A stretch of DNA of 64,000 nt from a virus, in the IMG/VR virus record IMGVR_UViG_3300008266_000015. The stretch is one strand, 5' to 3'. Below are positions 37,388 to 47,009 of the stretch, piece by piece (position 1 is the first letter of the stretch; the number at the start of each line of letters is the position of its first letter). The position numbers and the translations under genes are program-made. The notes below the pieces were generated by a model, which did no database searches, had not been told where the DNA came from, and saw only the letters and a list, made by a program, of their open reading frames with translations.

Positions 37388-37641
37388 AGCCATACACAGA
37401 CATAGAAGTTACAGACAAATATGTTATTCGTGAATTTAACGAAAATATAGATCCAATTGAGCTTCTTTGGCATCGCGATAATGAAGATCGCACATTAGAA
37501 ATAGTTGGTGAAACAGATTGGAAAATACAATTAGATAATAAATTACCAATCTTACTAGAAAGTCATATATTTATACCAAGACACGCATGGCATCGTGTTA
37601 TTAAAGGAACAGGAACATTAAAATTAAAAATATACAAATGA
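37384..37641 (+). CDS. Small cupin-fold protein
   Basis: WHRDNEDR...FIPRHAWHRVIKG. Confidence 0.7.
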   Translation: MKPYTDIEVTDKYVIREFNENIDPIELLWHRDNEDRTLEIVGETDWKIQLDNKLPILLESHIFIPRHAWHRVIKGTGTLKLKIYK

Positions 37642-38171
37642 AATCAACTGAATTAAGACAACTTATCCGCGAATCAATCAATGAATATATTCGTGAAATC
37701 GATGAAGCAGGAACAAAAGCTGGATTACAAGCTAAAATAGAAGCAACTGAAGGTGCTATTAGCAAACGTGAAAAAATGGCTAATATGGAAGGCATTGATG
37801 AAGCTTATCATGAAATGCTTGATAAAGGCAAAATGAAAGAAATTGGTAATGAAGTTAAGGCATTAAAAAAAAGTTTAGATAAATTGAAAAAACAATTAGA
37901 TAAACTTAATTCAAAAGGTACTAAAACTGAAAAACCTGAATCTGAAGAAAAAGAAATTGTTGATGAAGTAAATATTGATGAAACATTTCCTGAATCTGGT
38001 GCTCAACTAGAAGAAGATAATAATGAGGATTTACCCCCTGCACCATCAGAAGAGGAAATAGCAGCTAATCAAATATACGAAATGCTCCATATGCAAAAAC
38101 TAGCAGGTATTATTTCAGAATCTGAATATGTTGCTAAAGTAAAAGAAGTAGAAAAAGCATCTAAAAAATAA
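37638..38171 (+). CDS. Putative internal head protein
   Basis: MKSTELRQLIRESINE leader; C-terminal MLHMQKLAGIISE. Confidence 0.75.
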   Translation: MKSTELRQLIRESINEYIREIDEAGTKAGLQAKIEATEGAISKREKMANMEGIDEAYHEMLDKGKMKEIGNEVKALKKSLDKLKKQLDKLNSKGTKTEKPESEEKEIVDEVNIDETFPESGAQLEEDNNEDLPPAPSEEEIAANQIYEMLHMQKLAGIISESEYVAKVKEVEKASKK

Positions 38172-38177
38172 CATATA

Positions 38178-38257
38178 GACTGATTCATAGCCGGTCGCTC
38201 GAAAGAGACAAAACATCCTGGATCTGTGGCCCATTTTTCGAAAGAAAGGTGGGCCAC
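38178..38257 (+). other. Structured intergenic element (three hairpins)
   Basis: GACTG/CGGTC stem, CTC-GAAA-GAG, and a 14-bp stem with GAAA loop at 38226-38257. Confidence 0.55.
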
Positions 38258-38263
38258 TCTAAT

Positions 38264-38294
38264 TGGGATTTCAAAATAAAAAATTTTATATTTA
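38264..38294 (+). promoter_or_regulatory. Early-type promoter
   Basis: TGGG-N19-TATATTTA. Confidence 0.65.
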
Positions 38295-38298
38295 GCAC

Positions 38299-39660
38299 AT
38301 GAAAAAAATCGTAATCGTAGGAGCAGGTGTAGCAGGTATTAACGCTGCTACCAAATTAGTAGACAATGGATATCCAGGACATCTAATTACAGTTATAGAT
38401 AAAGGTAGCGATCCATATAATCGCTTACCTGAACAGGTAATGGAAGGCATGTTAGGAGCTGGAGGTTGGAGTGATGGTAAATTAACATACCATACTGCAA
38501 TTGGAGGAGTATTATCAAAATACTGTGGTGAAGAAAAAGCTATGGAATTAATGGATCAAGTAATTAAAAACTTTACTCGTTTCCACCCTAAACCAGAAGA
38601 AATATTTATGTCTGATCCTCAAGAGGAACCAGATTTTATTAAACCACATTTTGGACTAAGACTATTTCCAGTGTGGCATATTGGTTCAAATTATCTACAT
38701 GAAATTGCTATTAATTGGTATGCTTACTTAGCTGATAAAGGTATTAACTTTATGTGGGAAACGGAAGTTACATATATTGATTTTGATAATCCTCATGGAT
38801 ATGTGTTAATAGAAGGATTTAAAAACCAAGGTGGAGGAGAAAAAACACATTACATGACTACTGGAGATAAATTAATATTCGCAGTGGGGAAGAGTGGTAT
38901 CGACTTTGGTAAAGCACTAGCAGATGAATACAAATTACCAACTGAACCTAAATCAGTGCAAATAGGTGTACGTTTTGAAGCACCACAAAAATATTTTCAA
39001 AAATTAATTGATGTATCATACGATTTTAAATTATATCAAAAATTCGATAACGTATCTCTACGTTCATTTTGTACAAATAATAATGCAGCTTATGTGGCTG
39101 TTGAGAACACTTATGGGGATGTAAGTTATAATGGACATGCTAAGAAAGGCGAAGAATATCGTAACGATATGACTAACTTTGGTATCCTAATGGAAATTAA
39201 AGGTATTGAAAATCCATTTGAATGGAGTAGAGAATTAGTTTCTAAAATCCAAATTGATAGTAAAGGACTATATTATTCTCCTTCCCGTAAACCAGGACAA
39301 ACATCAGAAGGAAATATAGTAACAGCTACTCCAATAAGTTTAGATGGGTTAACTCATTTAATTGAACCTTCATTTAATGGTTATTTCAAATATGTATGGG
39401 ATTTTATACAAAATATGAATGAAGTATTTGAATTTGGTGATGATTGGGGAATGTATATTCCTGAGGTAAAATATTTATCTCCTGAACCATTAGTTGATTA
39501 CAAGAATTTAGCATTAGTAGACTATCCAAATGTACACTTTGTAGGTGATGCTTTATCTGCTCGTGGTATTACAGTAAGTGGAGCACATGGAATTTATGTT
39601 GCAGAAAATTTACTACAACATAAACTTGATGAATATCCAGATTTTGTAGAACATTATTAA
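38299..39660 (+). CDS. FAD-dependent oxidoreductase (COG2509-like)
   Basis: IVGAGVAG Rossmann motif, GAGGWSDGKL, GVRFE, RSFC, FVGD. Confidence 0.85.
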   Translation: MKKIVIVGAGVAGINAATKLVDNGYPGHLITVIDKGSDPYNRLPEQVMEGMLGAGGWSDGKLTYHTAIGGVLSKYCGEEKAMELMDQVIKNFTRFHPKPEEIFMSDPQEEPDFIKPHFGLRLFPVWHIGSNYLHEIAINWYAYLADKGINFMWETEVTYIDFDNPHGYVLIEGFKNQGGGEKTHYMTTGDKLIFAVGKSGIDFGKALADEYKLPTEPKSVQIGVRFEAPQKYFQKLIDVSYDFKLYQKFDNVSLRSFCTNNNAAYVAVENTYGDVSYNGHAKKGEEYRNDMTNFGILMEIKGIENPFEWSRELVSKIQIDSKGLYYSPSRKPGQTSEGNIVTATPISLDGLTHLIEPSFNGYFKYVWDFIQNMNEVFEFGDDWGMYIPEVKYLSPEPLVDYKNLALVDYPNVHFVGDALSARGITVSGAHGIYVAENLLQHKLDEYPDFVEHY

Positions 39661-39679
39661 ACTTTACTATAATTCATTA

Positions 39680-39687
39680 TATGTATA
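39680..39687 (+). promoter_or_regulatory. Late promoter variant TATGTATA
   Basis: One mismatch to the motif, in the expected position. Confidence 0.5.
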
Positions 39688-39709
39688 ATAAAAACATATT
39701 TAAAACAAA

Positions 39710-40375
39710 ATGGAATTAAGAAAATACATCCGCGAAATGGTTGAGACTGAGCTTGATGAAATGGCTCGTATCTCTACTAACATCAAAATTGGTGATCCTG
39801 AAAAAGCATCCATTGCAAAAGAGCTATATGCTGGAACTTGGTATGGTGATATGATTGATTATGTAGAGGAAGCAGGAGACGTTGGTATTCCTCAACCTGA
39901 ACTAGCAAGAATGTTAGGTAAATCAGGCCAACAAGCAATCAATCCCAAAGTTAGAGATTTCCTTGAATCAAACATCTTCACTAAAGGTGAGTTATCAGTA
40001 GCTAAAAAAGAAAAACCAGAAGCTAGTGGTATTAAAGGTCGCCCAACCTCAGAAAAAACATTAATGGCTAAAGATGTTAATTCTAAAATGGAAGCAGATG
40101 CTAACTATAAACCATCAGAAGATGAATTAGCAATATTGGGGGCTGAGTTTATTGAAAAACTTAGAGCACGTGTTAAAGGTACTTTAAGACGTGGTCGTCC
40201 TGCACTTCCTTCTAAAGCAAAAGATGGCATGATAGCAGCTATGAAAAAAATAGGAGATGAAGATATAGACATGGATGGGGATATTGATGATGAGGATTTG
40301 GAAGATATTGCTGAATCAACTTCAATTAATGAATCGTTTACTCGTATGCAGAAATTAGCAGGAATTATTAAATAA
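39710..40375 (+). CDS. Putative internal head DNA-binding protein (wHTH plus AT-hooks)
   Basis: Leader MELRKYIRE; GIPQPELARMLG; KGRP and RRGRP; C-terminal FTRMQKLAGIIK. Confidence 0.75.
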   Translation: MELRKYIREMVETELDEMARISTNIKIGDPEKASIAKELYAGTWYGDMIDYVEEAGDVGIPQPELARMLGKSGQQAINPKVRDFLESNIFTKGELSVAKKEKPEASGIKGRPTSEKTLMAKDVNSKMEADANYKPSEDELAILGAEFIEKLRARVKGTLRRGRPALPSKAKDGMIAAMKKIGDEDIDMDGDIDDEDLEDIAESTSINESFTRMQKLAGIIK

Positions 40376-40399
40376 ATTATATTAAACAAATTTTAAATT

Positions 40400-40429
40400 G
40401 AGGACTTGGATTACCAAGTCCTCTTTTTT
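40400..40429 (+). terminator. Intrinsic terminator overlapping an early promoter
   Basis: GAGGACTTGG-ATTA-CCAAGTCCTC-TTTTTT. Confidence 0.75.
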
Positions 40430-40435
40430 ATATTC
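40406..40435 (+). promoter_or_regulatory. Early-type promoter
   Basis: TTGG-N19-TATATTC. Confidence 0.65.
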
Positions 40436-40455
40436 AAGTAAAAAATTAAAGTTCT

Positions 40456-40689
40456 ATGAGTAATAAAAAAACAGACATTAGACGTATTAAATCCCCAGAT
40501 GGGATTGTTCGTTATATTAAAGATGGAAAATTACATAATGCAGAAGGTCCTGCGGTAATTCATCCTGATGGTAGAGAAGAATATCATTTAAATGGTTTTC
40601 AATATTCAAAGGATGAATTTAAAACAATTAAAAAAGATAGTAATGGATTACCATTCTATAAACAATCAGGAACTAAAATGCGCCATTAA
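40456..40689 (+). CDS. Small protein with MORN-like GKLHxxxGPA unit
   Basis: DGKLHNAEGPAVIHPDG...YHLNG. Confidence 0.7.
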   Translation: MSNKKTDIRRIKSPDGIVRYIKDGKLHNAEGPAVIHPDGREEYHLNGFQYSKDEFKTIKKDSNGLPFYKQSGTKMRH

Positions 40690-40690
40690 G

Positions 40691-41221
40691 ATGAAGATTG
40701 GATTCACAGGTACAGTAAGTGTGGGAAAAACTACATTAGTTAATTCACTAAAAGAATTACCAGAATTTAAACACTATGATTTTGCAACTGAACGTTCAAA
40801 ATATTTACGTGATTTAGGTATTCCCCTAAATACAGATAGTACATTAAAAGGACAAACAATTTTTCTATCAGAGAGATGTTCTGAGTTAATTAGACATAAT
40901 ATTATAACTGATCGAACAGTTATAGATGTTATAGCATTTACATTAAATGCCGATTCGATTGATTATTTAAATAAAGATGCGTTTGAAAAATATGCTTCTA
41001 AATTTATAGAGGAATATGATTGGATATTTTATGTATCACCAGCTGGAGTATCTATTGAAGATAATAATGTGCGTACTACAGATGGAGAATATAGAAAACA
41101 GATTGATCAAACAATCAAACATCTATGCTCAGAATATTTATGGAAAATTAAAAACTTTGGTATCATCGCTGGTACTAATGAAGACAGAATTACTCAAATA
41201 AAATCTTACTTGAATTTATAA
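40691..41221 (+). CDS. P-loop nucleotide kinase (NadR/AAA_28-like)
   Basis: MKIGFTGTVSVGKTT, TDRTVID, EDNNVR; true start is the ATG at 40691. Confidence 0.8.
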   Translation: MKIGFTGTVSVGKTTLVNSLKELPEFKHYDFATERSKYLRDLGIPLNTDSTLKGQTIFLSERCSELIRHNIITDRTVIDVIAFTLNADSIDYLNKDAFEKYASKFIEEYDWIFYVSPAGVSIEDNNVRTTDGEYRKQIDQTIKHLCSEYLWKIKNFGIIAGTNEDRITQIKSYLNL

Positions 41222-41229
41222 TATTTATA
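41222..41229 (+). promoter_or_regulatory. Late promoter motif TATTTATA
   Basis: Recurrent motif. Confidence 0.7.
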
Positions 41230-41244
41230 ACAAAATCTTACTAA

Positions 41245-42075
41245 ATGAAACGCAAAGAACTATATAACTATATTCGTGAAGAAATTGTAAATGAGTTAAC
41301 TACTGTTACTAAAAATACTGATCAAAGTGAAGTTTCAACAATTTCTAAAGCAGAAAATGTACCTACAACTACCGTTTCTAATGCTATTAAGAAAGCCAAA
41401 TCATCCGGTCAAGATGTAAATATAGCTGAGATGGCTCGTACTGCAAATAATATTAAAATTGGAGACCCAGCTAAAGTAACTCTACTTAGAAAATTATATG
41501 GTGGAACATGGAAAGGAAATATGTTAGATGCAGTAGAAAAAGCAGGTGAAGCAGGTATTTCTCAACTTGAATTAGCTTTAGCAGTTGGTAAAAAAAGTCA
41601 ACCCGAAATTAATCCTGCCGTAAACGAATTTCTTAAAGTAGGTGCGTTTGCATTATCTAAAATTGCAGGTGCAGCCGCAGAACCAACTATTGCTCCTTCA
41701 TCTGAAGAAGAAGAATGGATGGCGGACGCTGATGTACAAGATGATTGGGAAAAAGTTGAAGATGAAGATGAAGATATAATGGATAAAGGTCCATCAGCCG
41801 CAGATATCAAAGCAGCTGAAAAATCAGTTAAGAAAGTAGCAGGTGGTAAAGGATACGCTAAACAATTACCTCCTGAAGATGAAGAAAAATATGAACGATT
41901 GAAAAAGGGAATTGAAACTAAAATCTCCAAAATTAAGGCTCTTCAAAAACCCAAAAGAGCATCATCAAATGATATGCAGGTACTTAAAGCTTTAATTAAT
42001 CGAGATGATGTTAAAAAACTATTTAAAGCTAAAGGTGTTAGTATAACTGACTTAGTAGCAGATATCATATCATGA
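41245..42075 (+). CDS. Putative internal head wHTH protein, paralog of 39710
   Basis: MKRKELYNYIREEIVNE leader; EMARxxxNIKIGDP domain shared with 39710. Confidence 0.75.
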   Translation: MKRKELYNYIREEIVNELTTVTKNTDQSEVSTISKAENVPTTTVSNAIKKAKSSGQDVNIAEMARTANNIKIGDPAKVTLLRKLYGGTWKGNMLDAVEKAGEAGISQLELALAVGKKSQPEINPAVNEFLKVGAFALSKIAGAAAEPTIAPSSEEEEWMADADVQDDWEKVEDEDEDIMDKGPSAADIKAAEKSVKKVAGGKGYAKQLPPEDEEKYERLKKGIETKISKIKALQKPKRASSNDMQVLKALINRDDVKKLFKAKGVSITDLVADIIS

Positions 42076-42656
42076 TAAATCAAAACCGATTTTATTTAAT
42101 TATCATAGGAATACTAACTATAATTCTGTTAATGCAAAAATGTGGAGGGGGATGTAATTTTATTCCCGTTCTTCCACCTCCTGTAACCATTAGAATAGTA
42201 GATACTGTTTATACAGTAACTACAAAGGAGATTCCTACTTATGTCCCAAAATGGAAAACAATTACTAAATACGTTCATGATACAATTGAAACCGTGGATA
42301 CTACATATGTTATTGGGGACTACTACTCTACTTATTTTTATCAAGATTCATTAATTAATGATACATTATGTTTTTACATTAATGATTCAATCTCAGAAAA
42401 CAAAATCAAATCAAGAGATTTAAAATATATAATGTCATTTCCAACTATAAAAATACACGATATAGTAATTCAAAATAAAAACGAATATTATGTTGGTTTA
42501 GGATTAATTGGAAATCAAAAAGGAATTAATTATTTTGGTCCTGAATTTTTATTGAAAACTAAGAAAAAAGATGTTTATGGAATAGGAATAGGAATGGATG
42601 GAAATCTAAAACCTAACCTAAGTCTAAGAACATATTGGAAAATAGGCAAAAAATGA
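42072..42656 (+). CDS. Membrane-anchored protein with C-terminal amphipathic beta strands (spanin-like candidate)
   Basis: N-terminal TM/lipobox-like segment, multiple D-T/S-x sequons, ends in beta strands YWKI. Confidence 0.55.
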   Translation: MINQNRFYLIIIGILTIILLMQKCGGGCNFIPVLPPPVTIRIVDTVYTVTTKEIPTYVPKWKTITKYVHDTIETVDTTYVIGDYYSTYFYQDSLINDTLCFYINDSISENKIKSRDLKYIMSFPTIKIHDIVIQNKNEYYVGLGLIGNQKGINYFGPEFLLKTKKKDVYGIGIGMDGNLKPNLSLRTYWKIGKK

Positions 42657-44227
42657 GTCAACCAGATCTTAAACAAATTATAAGGGATGAATATATTAAG
42701 TGTGCAAAAGATCCAGCACACTTTATGCGTAAATACTGTTATATACAACATCCACAACGTGGGCGAGTTATATTTAATTTATATCCGTTTCAAGGTAAAG
42801 TACTAAATTTATGGAAAGACAATCCATATTCAATGGTACTTAAATCTAGACAGTTAGGTATATCAACATTAGCAGCAGGATATTCTTTATGGTTAATGAC
42901 ATTCCATAAGGATAAAAATATTCTTTGTATAGCTACTAAGCAGGATACTGCTAAAAATATGGTTACTAAAACCAAGTTTATGTATGATAATTTACCATCA
43001 TGGCTTAAAGTAGAATCTGAAGAAAATAATAAATTAACATTACGATTAATTAATGGTTCTCAAATCAAAGCAACCTCAGCAGCAAGTGATGCTGGTCGAT
43101 CAGAAGCCGTTTCGCTTCTAATTATAGATGAGGCTGCATTTATTGAAGGTATTGAGCCAATTTGGGCTTCAGCTCAACAAACCCTAGCAACAGGTGGTGG
43201 TGCAATTGTATTATCAACACCTTTTGGTACAGGTAACTGGTTCCATAAAACATGGGTTAAAGCAGAAGCACAAGATAATAACTTCTTACCTATTAAATTA
43301 CCTTGGTATGTTCATCCTGAACGTGATCAAGCTTGGAGAGATAAACAAGATGTAGAATTAGGTGATCCTAGATTAGCAGCACAGGAATGTGATTGCGATT
43401 TTACTACATCTGGGGATGTAGTTTATTATCCAGAACACATTGAATATATGATGTCTACTCACGTAGTAGAACCATTAGAGCGTCGTGGGGTAGATGGAAA
43501 TTTATGGGTTTGGGAATCACCAGATTATACTAGAAGTTATATAGTAATAGCAGATGTTGCTAGAGGAGATGGAAAAGATTTTTCTGCATTTCACGTATTT
43601 GATATAGAAACAAATGCCCAAGTAGCAGAATTTAGAAGTCAACTTCCACCTAAAGAATTTGGATATCTATTAGTAGCCATTGCTACAGAATATAATGAAG
43701 CACTATTAGTAATTGAAAACGCAAATATTGGCTGGTCAGCTATAGATTCAGTAATAGAAAGAGGATATAGAAATCTATATTATTCACCTAAAAGTGATGT
43801 TGCAACTTCTGATTCGTATATTAACAGATACGAAGATACATCCAAAATGACCCCAGGTTTTACTACATCATTAAAAACACGTCCTTTAGTAATTAACAAA
43901 GGTCGTGAATATTTTGGAGATCATAGTGTAATTATTCGATCAAAACGTTTGATTGAAGAAATGAAAGTATTCATTTGGAAAAATGGTCGAGCAGAAGCCC
44001 AATCTGGATATAATGATGACTTAGTTATGGCTTATAGTATAGGAATGTACTTAAGAGATACAGCATTAAAAAACAAACAGCAAGGATTAGAATTAACAAG
44101 AGCAACATTAAATAATATATCAAGAATATCTCCACAACAAGGTGCTTATTTTGCAACGGGAATGGACAATCCATATTCTATGAAGGTAAATGGAGAAGGA
44201 AATGAGGATATTAGTTGGCTTTTATGA
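42653..44227 (+). CDS. terL: Terminase large subunit (gp17-like)
   Basis: LYPFQ, KSRQLGIST Walker A, IIDEAAF Walker B, STP, ADVARG, DDLVMA. Confidence 0.95.
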   Translation: MSQPDLKQIIRDEYIKCAKDPAHFMRKYCYIQHPQRGRVIFNLYPFQGKVLNLWKDNPYSMVLKSRQLGISTLAAGYSLWLMTFHKDKNILCIATKQDTAKNMVTKTKFMYDNLPSWLKVESEENNKLTLRLINGSQIKATSAASDAGRSEAVSLLIIDEAAFIEGIEPIWASAQQTLATGGGAIVLSTPFGTGNWFHKTWVKAEAQDNNFLPIKLPWYVHPERDQAWRDKQDVELGDPRLAAQECDCDFTTSGDVVYYPEHIEYMMSTHVVEPLERRGVDGNLWVWESPDYTRSYIVIADVARGDGKDFSAFHVFDIETNAQVAEFRSQLPPKEFGYLLVAIATEYNEALLVIENANIGWSAIDSVIERGYRNLYYSPKSDVATSDSYINRYEDTSKMTPGFTTSLKTRPLVINKGREYFGDHSVIIRSKRLIEEMKVFIWKNGRAEAQSGYNDDLVMAYSIGMYLRDTALKNKQQGLELTRATLNNISRISPQQGAYFATGMDNPYSMKVNGEGNEDISWLL

Positions 44228-44244
44228 CTTTAAATAAATAAATA

Positions 44245-46110
44245 ATGGCAGATACAAGTATTTTTACTAGATTAAAAAGATTATTTTCAACTGATGTCAT
44301 CATCCGTAATGAGGGTGGGAATCAAATTAAAGTAATGGATGTTGATTCAATTCAACAAAGTGGACAATATAAAAACAATTCATTAATTGATAGATATAGT
44401 AGGATATATTCCGCGAATGCTACCTCACTTTATGGTCAACAATTAAATGTTAACTATCAATATTTAAGAGCCCAATTATACTCAGATTACGATGTAATGG
44501 ATAATGATGCAATTGTTGCTTCTGCTCTAGATATAATCTCAGATGAATGTACATTAAAAAATGAGATGGGTGAGGTACTTCAAATTCGTAGTTCAGATGA
44601 AGATGTACAAAAAATTCTTTATAACTTATTCTACGATGTTTTGAACATAGAATTTAATATGTGGTCGTGGATTCGTCAAATGAATAAATATGGTGATTTC
44701 TTTTTAAAATTAGAAATCGCTGAAAAATTTGGAGTATACAATGTTATTCCTTATACCGCATATCATATCATGCGCCAGGAGAATTATGATAAAGAAAACC
44801 CTTCAGCAGTAAGGTTCGCATTTTCTCCTGATGGATATGTTGGTGGAACTGCAGGTCAATATCCTGTCCCTAACCAGAGGCAAGATGAAGCAAATGGGAT
44901 TTATTTTGATAATTATGAAATGGCTCATTTTAGATTATTAACTGATGTTAACTATCTTCCTTATGGTCGTTCATATATTGAACCAGCTCGTAAATTATTT
45001 AAACAATATGTGTTAATGGAAGATGCTATGTTGATTCATAGAATCTCTCGTGCCCCAGAAAAACGTATTTTTTATATCAATGTTGGTGCTATTCCTCCTA
45101 ATGAAGTAGAAAACTTCATGAAGAAGACTATTACCACAATGAAAAAAACACCATATATAGACGAAAAAACAGGTGAATATAATTTAAAATATAACATGCA
45201 AAACATGTTGGAAGATTTTTATATTCCTGTTCGCGGTAATGATCAAACAACTAAAATTGATACCACTAAAGGTTTAGAATATAATGGTATTGAAGATGTA
45301 GCTTATTTAAGAGATAAATTGTTTGCTGCTTTAAAAGTACCTAAAGCATTTATGGGTTATGAGAAAGACTTAACTGGTAAAGCAACATTAGCGGCTGAAG
45401 ATATTCGTTTTGCTCGTACAATTGATAGATTACAACGTATTGTACTTTCTGAATTATATAAAATAGCATTAGTGCATTTATATACTCAAGGGTATAGAGG
45501 CGAAACATTAACTAATTTCGAACTTTCGTTAACTACCCCATCAATTATATACGATCAAGAACGTATTGCATTAATGAAAGAAAAAGTAGATTTAGCTAAA
45601 AATATCATGGAAGCCCAACTACTGCCTACAGATTGGATCTACCATAATGTATTCCACTTTAGTGAAGATCAATTTGATGAATATAGAGATCTTATTATAC
45701 AAGATGCTAAGCGTAAGTTTAGATTAGGTCAAATTACTGAAGAAGGAAATGATCCATTAGAAACAGGAAAATCATATGGTACACCACATGATTTAGCTTC
45801 ACTTTATGGTAAAGGCAGGACAATGACAGATCCAGGAAATGTACCTGATGGATATGCTACTGATGTAGAATTAGGTCGTCCTAAAGAAAAAGTTACAAAT
45901 ATCAATACTCAAGATAATACTTTAGGAAAAGATAGATTAGGTAGACAATCAATGAAAGTAGATGATCAGCCTGATTTCAATAACAAACCTATCAATGAGA
46001 TTACATATCTAAAAAATAAACAGTTTTTAAATGAAATAGAAAAAAAATTAGTTTTCCAAATAGATAAAGCAAAAGAATCATTACTTGATGAAAATCAATT
46101 GCGAGATTAA
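44245..46110 (+). CDS. Portal protein (T4 gp20-like)
   Basis: LMEDAMLIHRISRAPEKRIFYINVG, EDFYIPVR, ALKVPK. Confidence 0.95.
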   Translation: MADTSIFTRLKRLFSTDVIIRNEGGNQIKVMDVDSIQQSGQYKNNSLIDRYSRIYSANATSLYGQQLNVNYQYLRAQLYSDYDVMDNDAIVASALDIISDECTLKNEMGEVLQIRSSDEDVQKILYNLFYDVLNIEFNMWSWIRQMNKYGDFFLKLEIAEKFGVYNVIPYTAYHIMRQENYDKENPSAVRFAFSPDGYVGGTAGQYPVPNQRQDEANGIYFDNYEMAHFRLLTDVNYLPYGRSYIEPARKLFKQYVLMEDAMLIHRISRAPEKRIFYINVGAIPPNEVENFMKKTITTMKKTPYIDEKTGEYNLKYNMQNMLEDFYIPVRGNDQTTKIDTTKGLEYNGIEDVAYLRDKLFAALKVPKAFMGYEKDLTGKATLAAEDIRFARTIDRLQRIVLSELYKIALVHLYTQGYRGETLTNFELSLTTPSIIYDQERIALMKEKVDLAKNIMEAQLLPTDWIYHNVFHFSEDQFDEYRDLIIQDAKRKFRLGQITEEGNDPLETGKSYGTPHDLASLYGKGRTMTDPGNVPDGYATDVELGRPKEKVTNINTQDNTLGKDRLGRQSMKVDDQPDFNNKPINEITYLKNKQFLNEIEKKLVFQIDKAKESLLDENQLRD

Positions 46111-46122
46111 TATTTTTTCATA

Positions 46123-46130
46123 TATTTATA
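46123..46130 (+). promoter_or_regulatory. Late promoter motif TATTTATA
   Basis: Recurrent motif. Confidence 0.7.
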
Positions 46131-46148
46131 ATTAAAATAAACATTTAG

Positions 46149-47009
46149 ATGTTAATTAAACATTCGAAATTTAAAAACACAGGTATTTTATTCGAGCTTT
46201 TAGTACGACAAATTACCTCAGATACTCTATCTGGCAAAACATCAGAGGCTACTAATATTCTAAAAAAATACTTTAGTAAAACTGAGCTAGGAAGAGAGTA
46301 TAAATTGTATGATAGTTTACTTAAACGCACCAACTTAACCGAAGGTAAAGCTGAAGTTGTCATTAGTACAATTTTAGAAAGTGCAAAACAGCTAAATCGC
46401 TCAGCTCTTAAGAGACAAAAATATAATTTAATTAATGAGATTAAAGATCACTATAGTTTAGAGGAATTTTTTAAAACAAAACTCCCTCATTATAAATCTC
46501 AAGCCGCTATTTATACATTAATAGAATCAACGGGTAGTGATAAAAAACAATCTCACGAGCAGATTATTACTAATAGATTAGTACTGTTGGAACATTTAAC
46601 TTCCTCTACAAAAAAGACAAACAAGCCTAAAGATAGTATTATGGAAGAGTTTTCTCAATATGATAGAGATACTCGTATTTTAACATATAGAATTTTATTA
46701 GAAAAATTCAATACCAAATACTCAGATTTCAGCACTAATAAAAAATTAATACTTAAAGAATTCATCAATAGTGTAGATAACACAGATAAATTAAAAATAT
46801 TCTACAATTCTAAAATTGGTGAAATGAAAAATGAATTAGTTTCGTTAAATAAAAAAACTAAAAACCAAGTTACTAAAATTAAAATAAATGAAGTAGCAAC
46901 GTTTTTAGTTGGGTTGGGAAAAAACGATAAAGTAAATAACGAACATATAGTAAATCTACTTCAATATTGTGATTTGCTAGAAGAACTTCAACAAGCTAAT
47001 GGAAAGTAA
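46149..47009 (+). CDS. Head-module hypothetical protein
   Basis: Helical 286 aa between portal and protease. Confidence 0.75.
   Translation: MLIKHSKFKNTGILFELLVRQITSDTLSGKTSEATNILKKYFSKTELGREYKLYDSLLKRTNLTEGKAEVVISTILESAKQLNRSALKRQKYNLINEIKDHYSLEEFFKTKLPHYKSQAAIYTLIESTGSDKKQSHEQIITNRLVLLEHLTSSTKKTNKPKDSIMEEFSQYDRDTRILTYRILLEKFNTKYSDFSTNKKLILKEFINSVDNTDKLKIFYNSKIGEMKNELVSLNKKTKNQVTKIKINEVATFLVGLGKNDKVNNEHIVNLLQYCDLLEELQQANGK

Noticed and set aside
38178-38210. Hammerhead ribozyme
   Set aside because: CTGATTCA does not match the CUGAnGA core, and the GAAA segments are hairpin loops.
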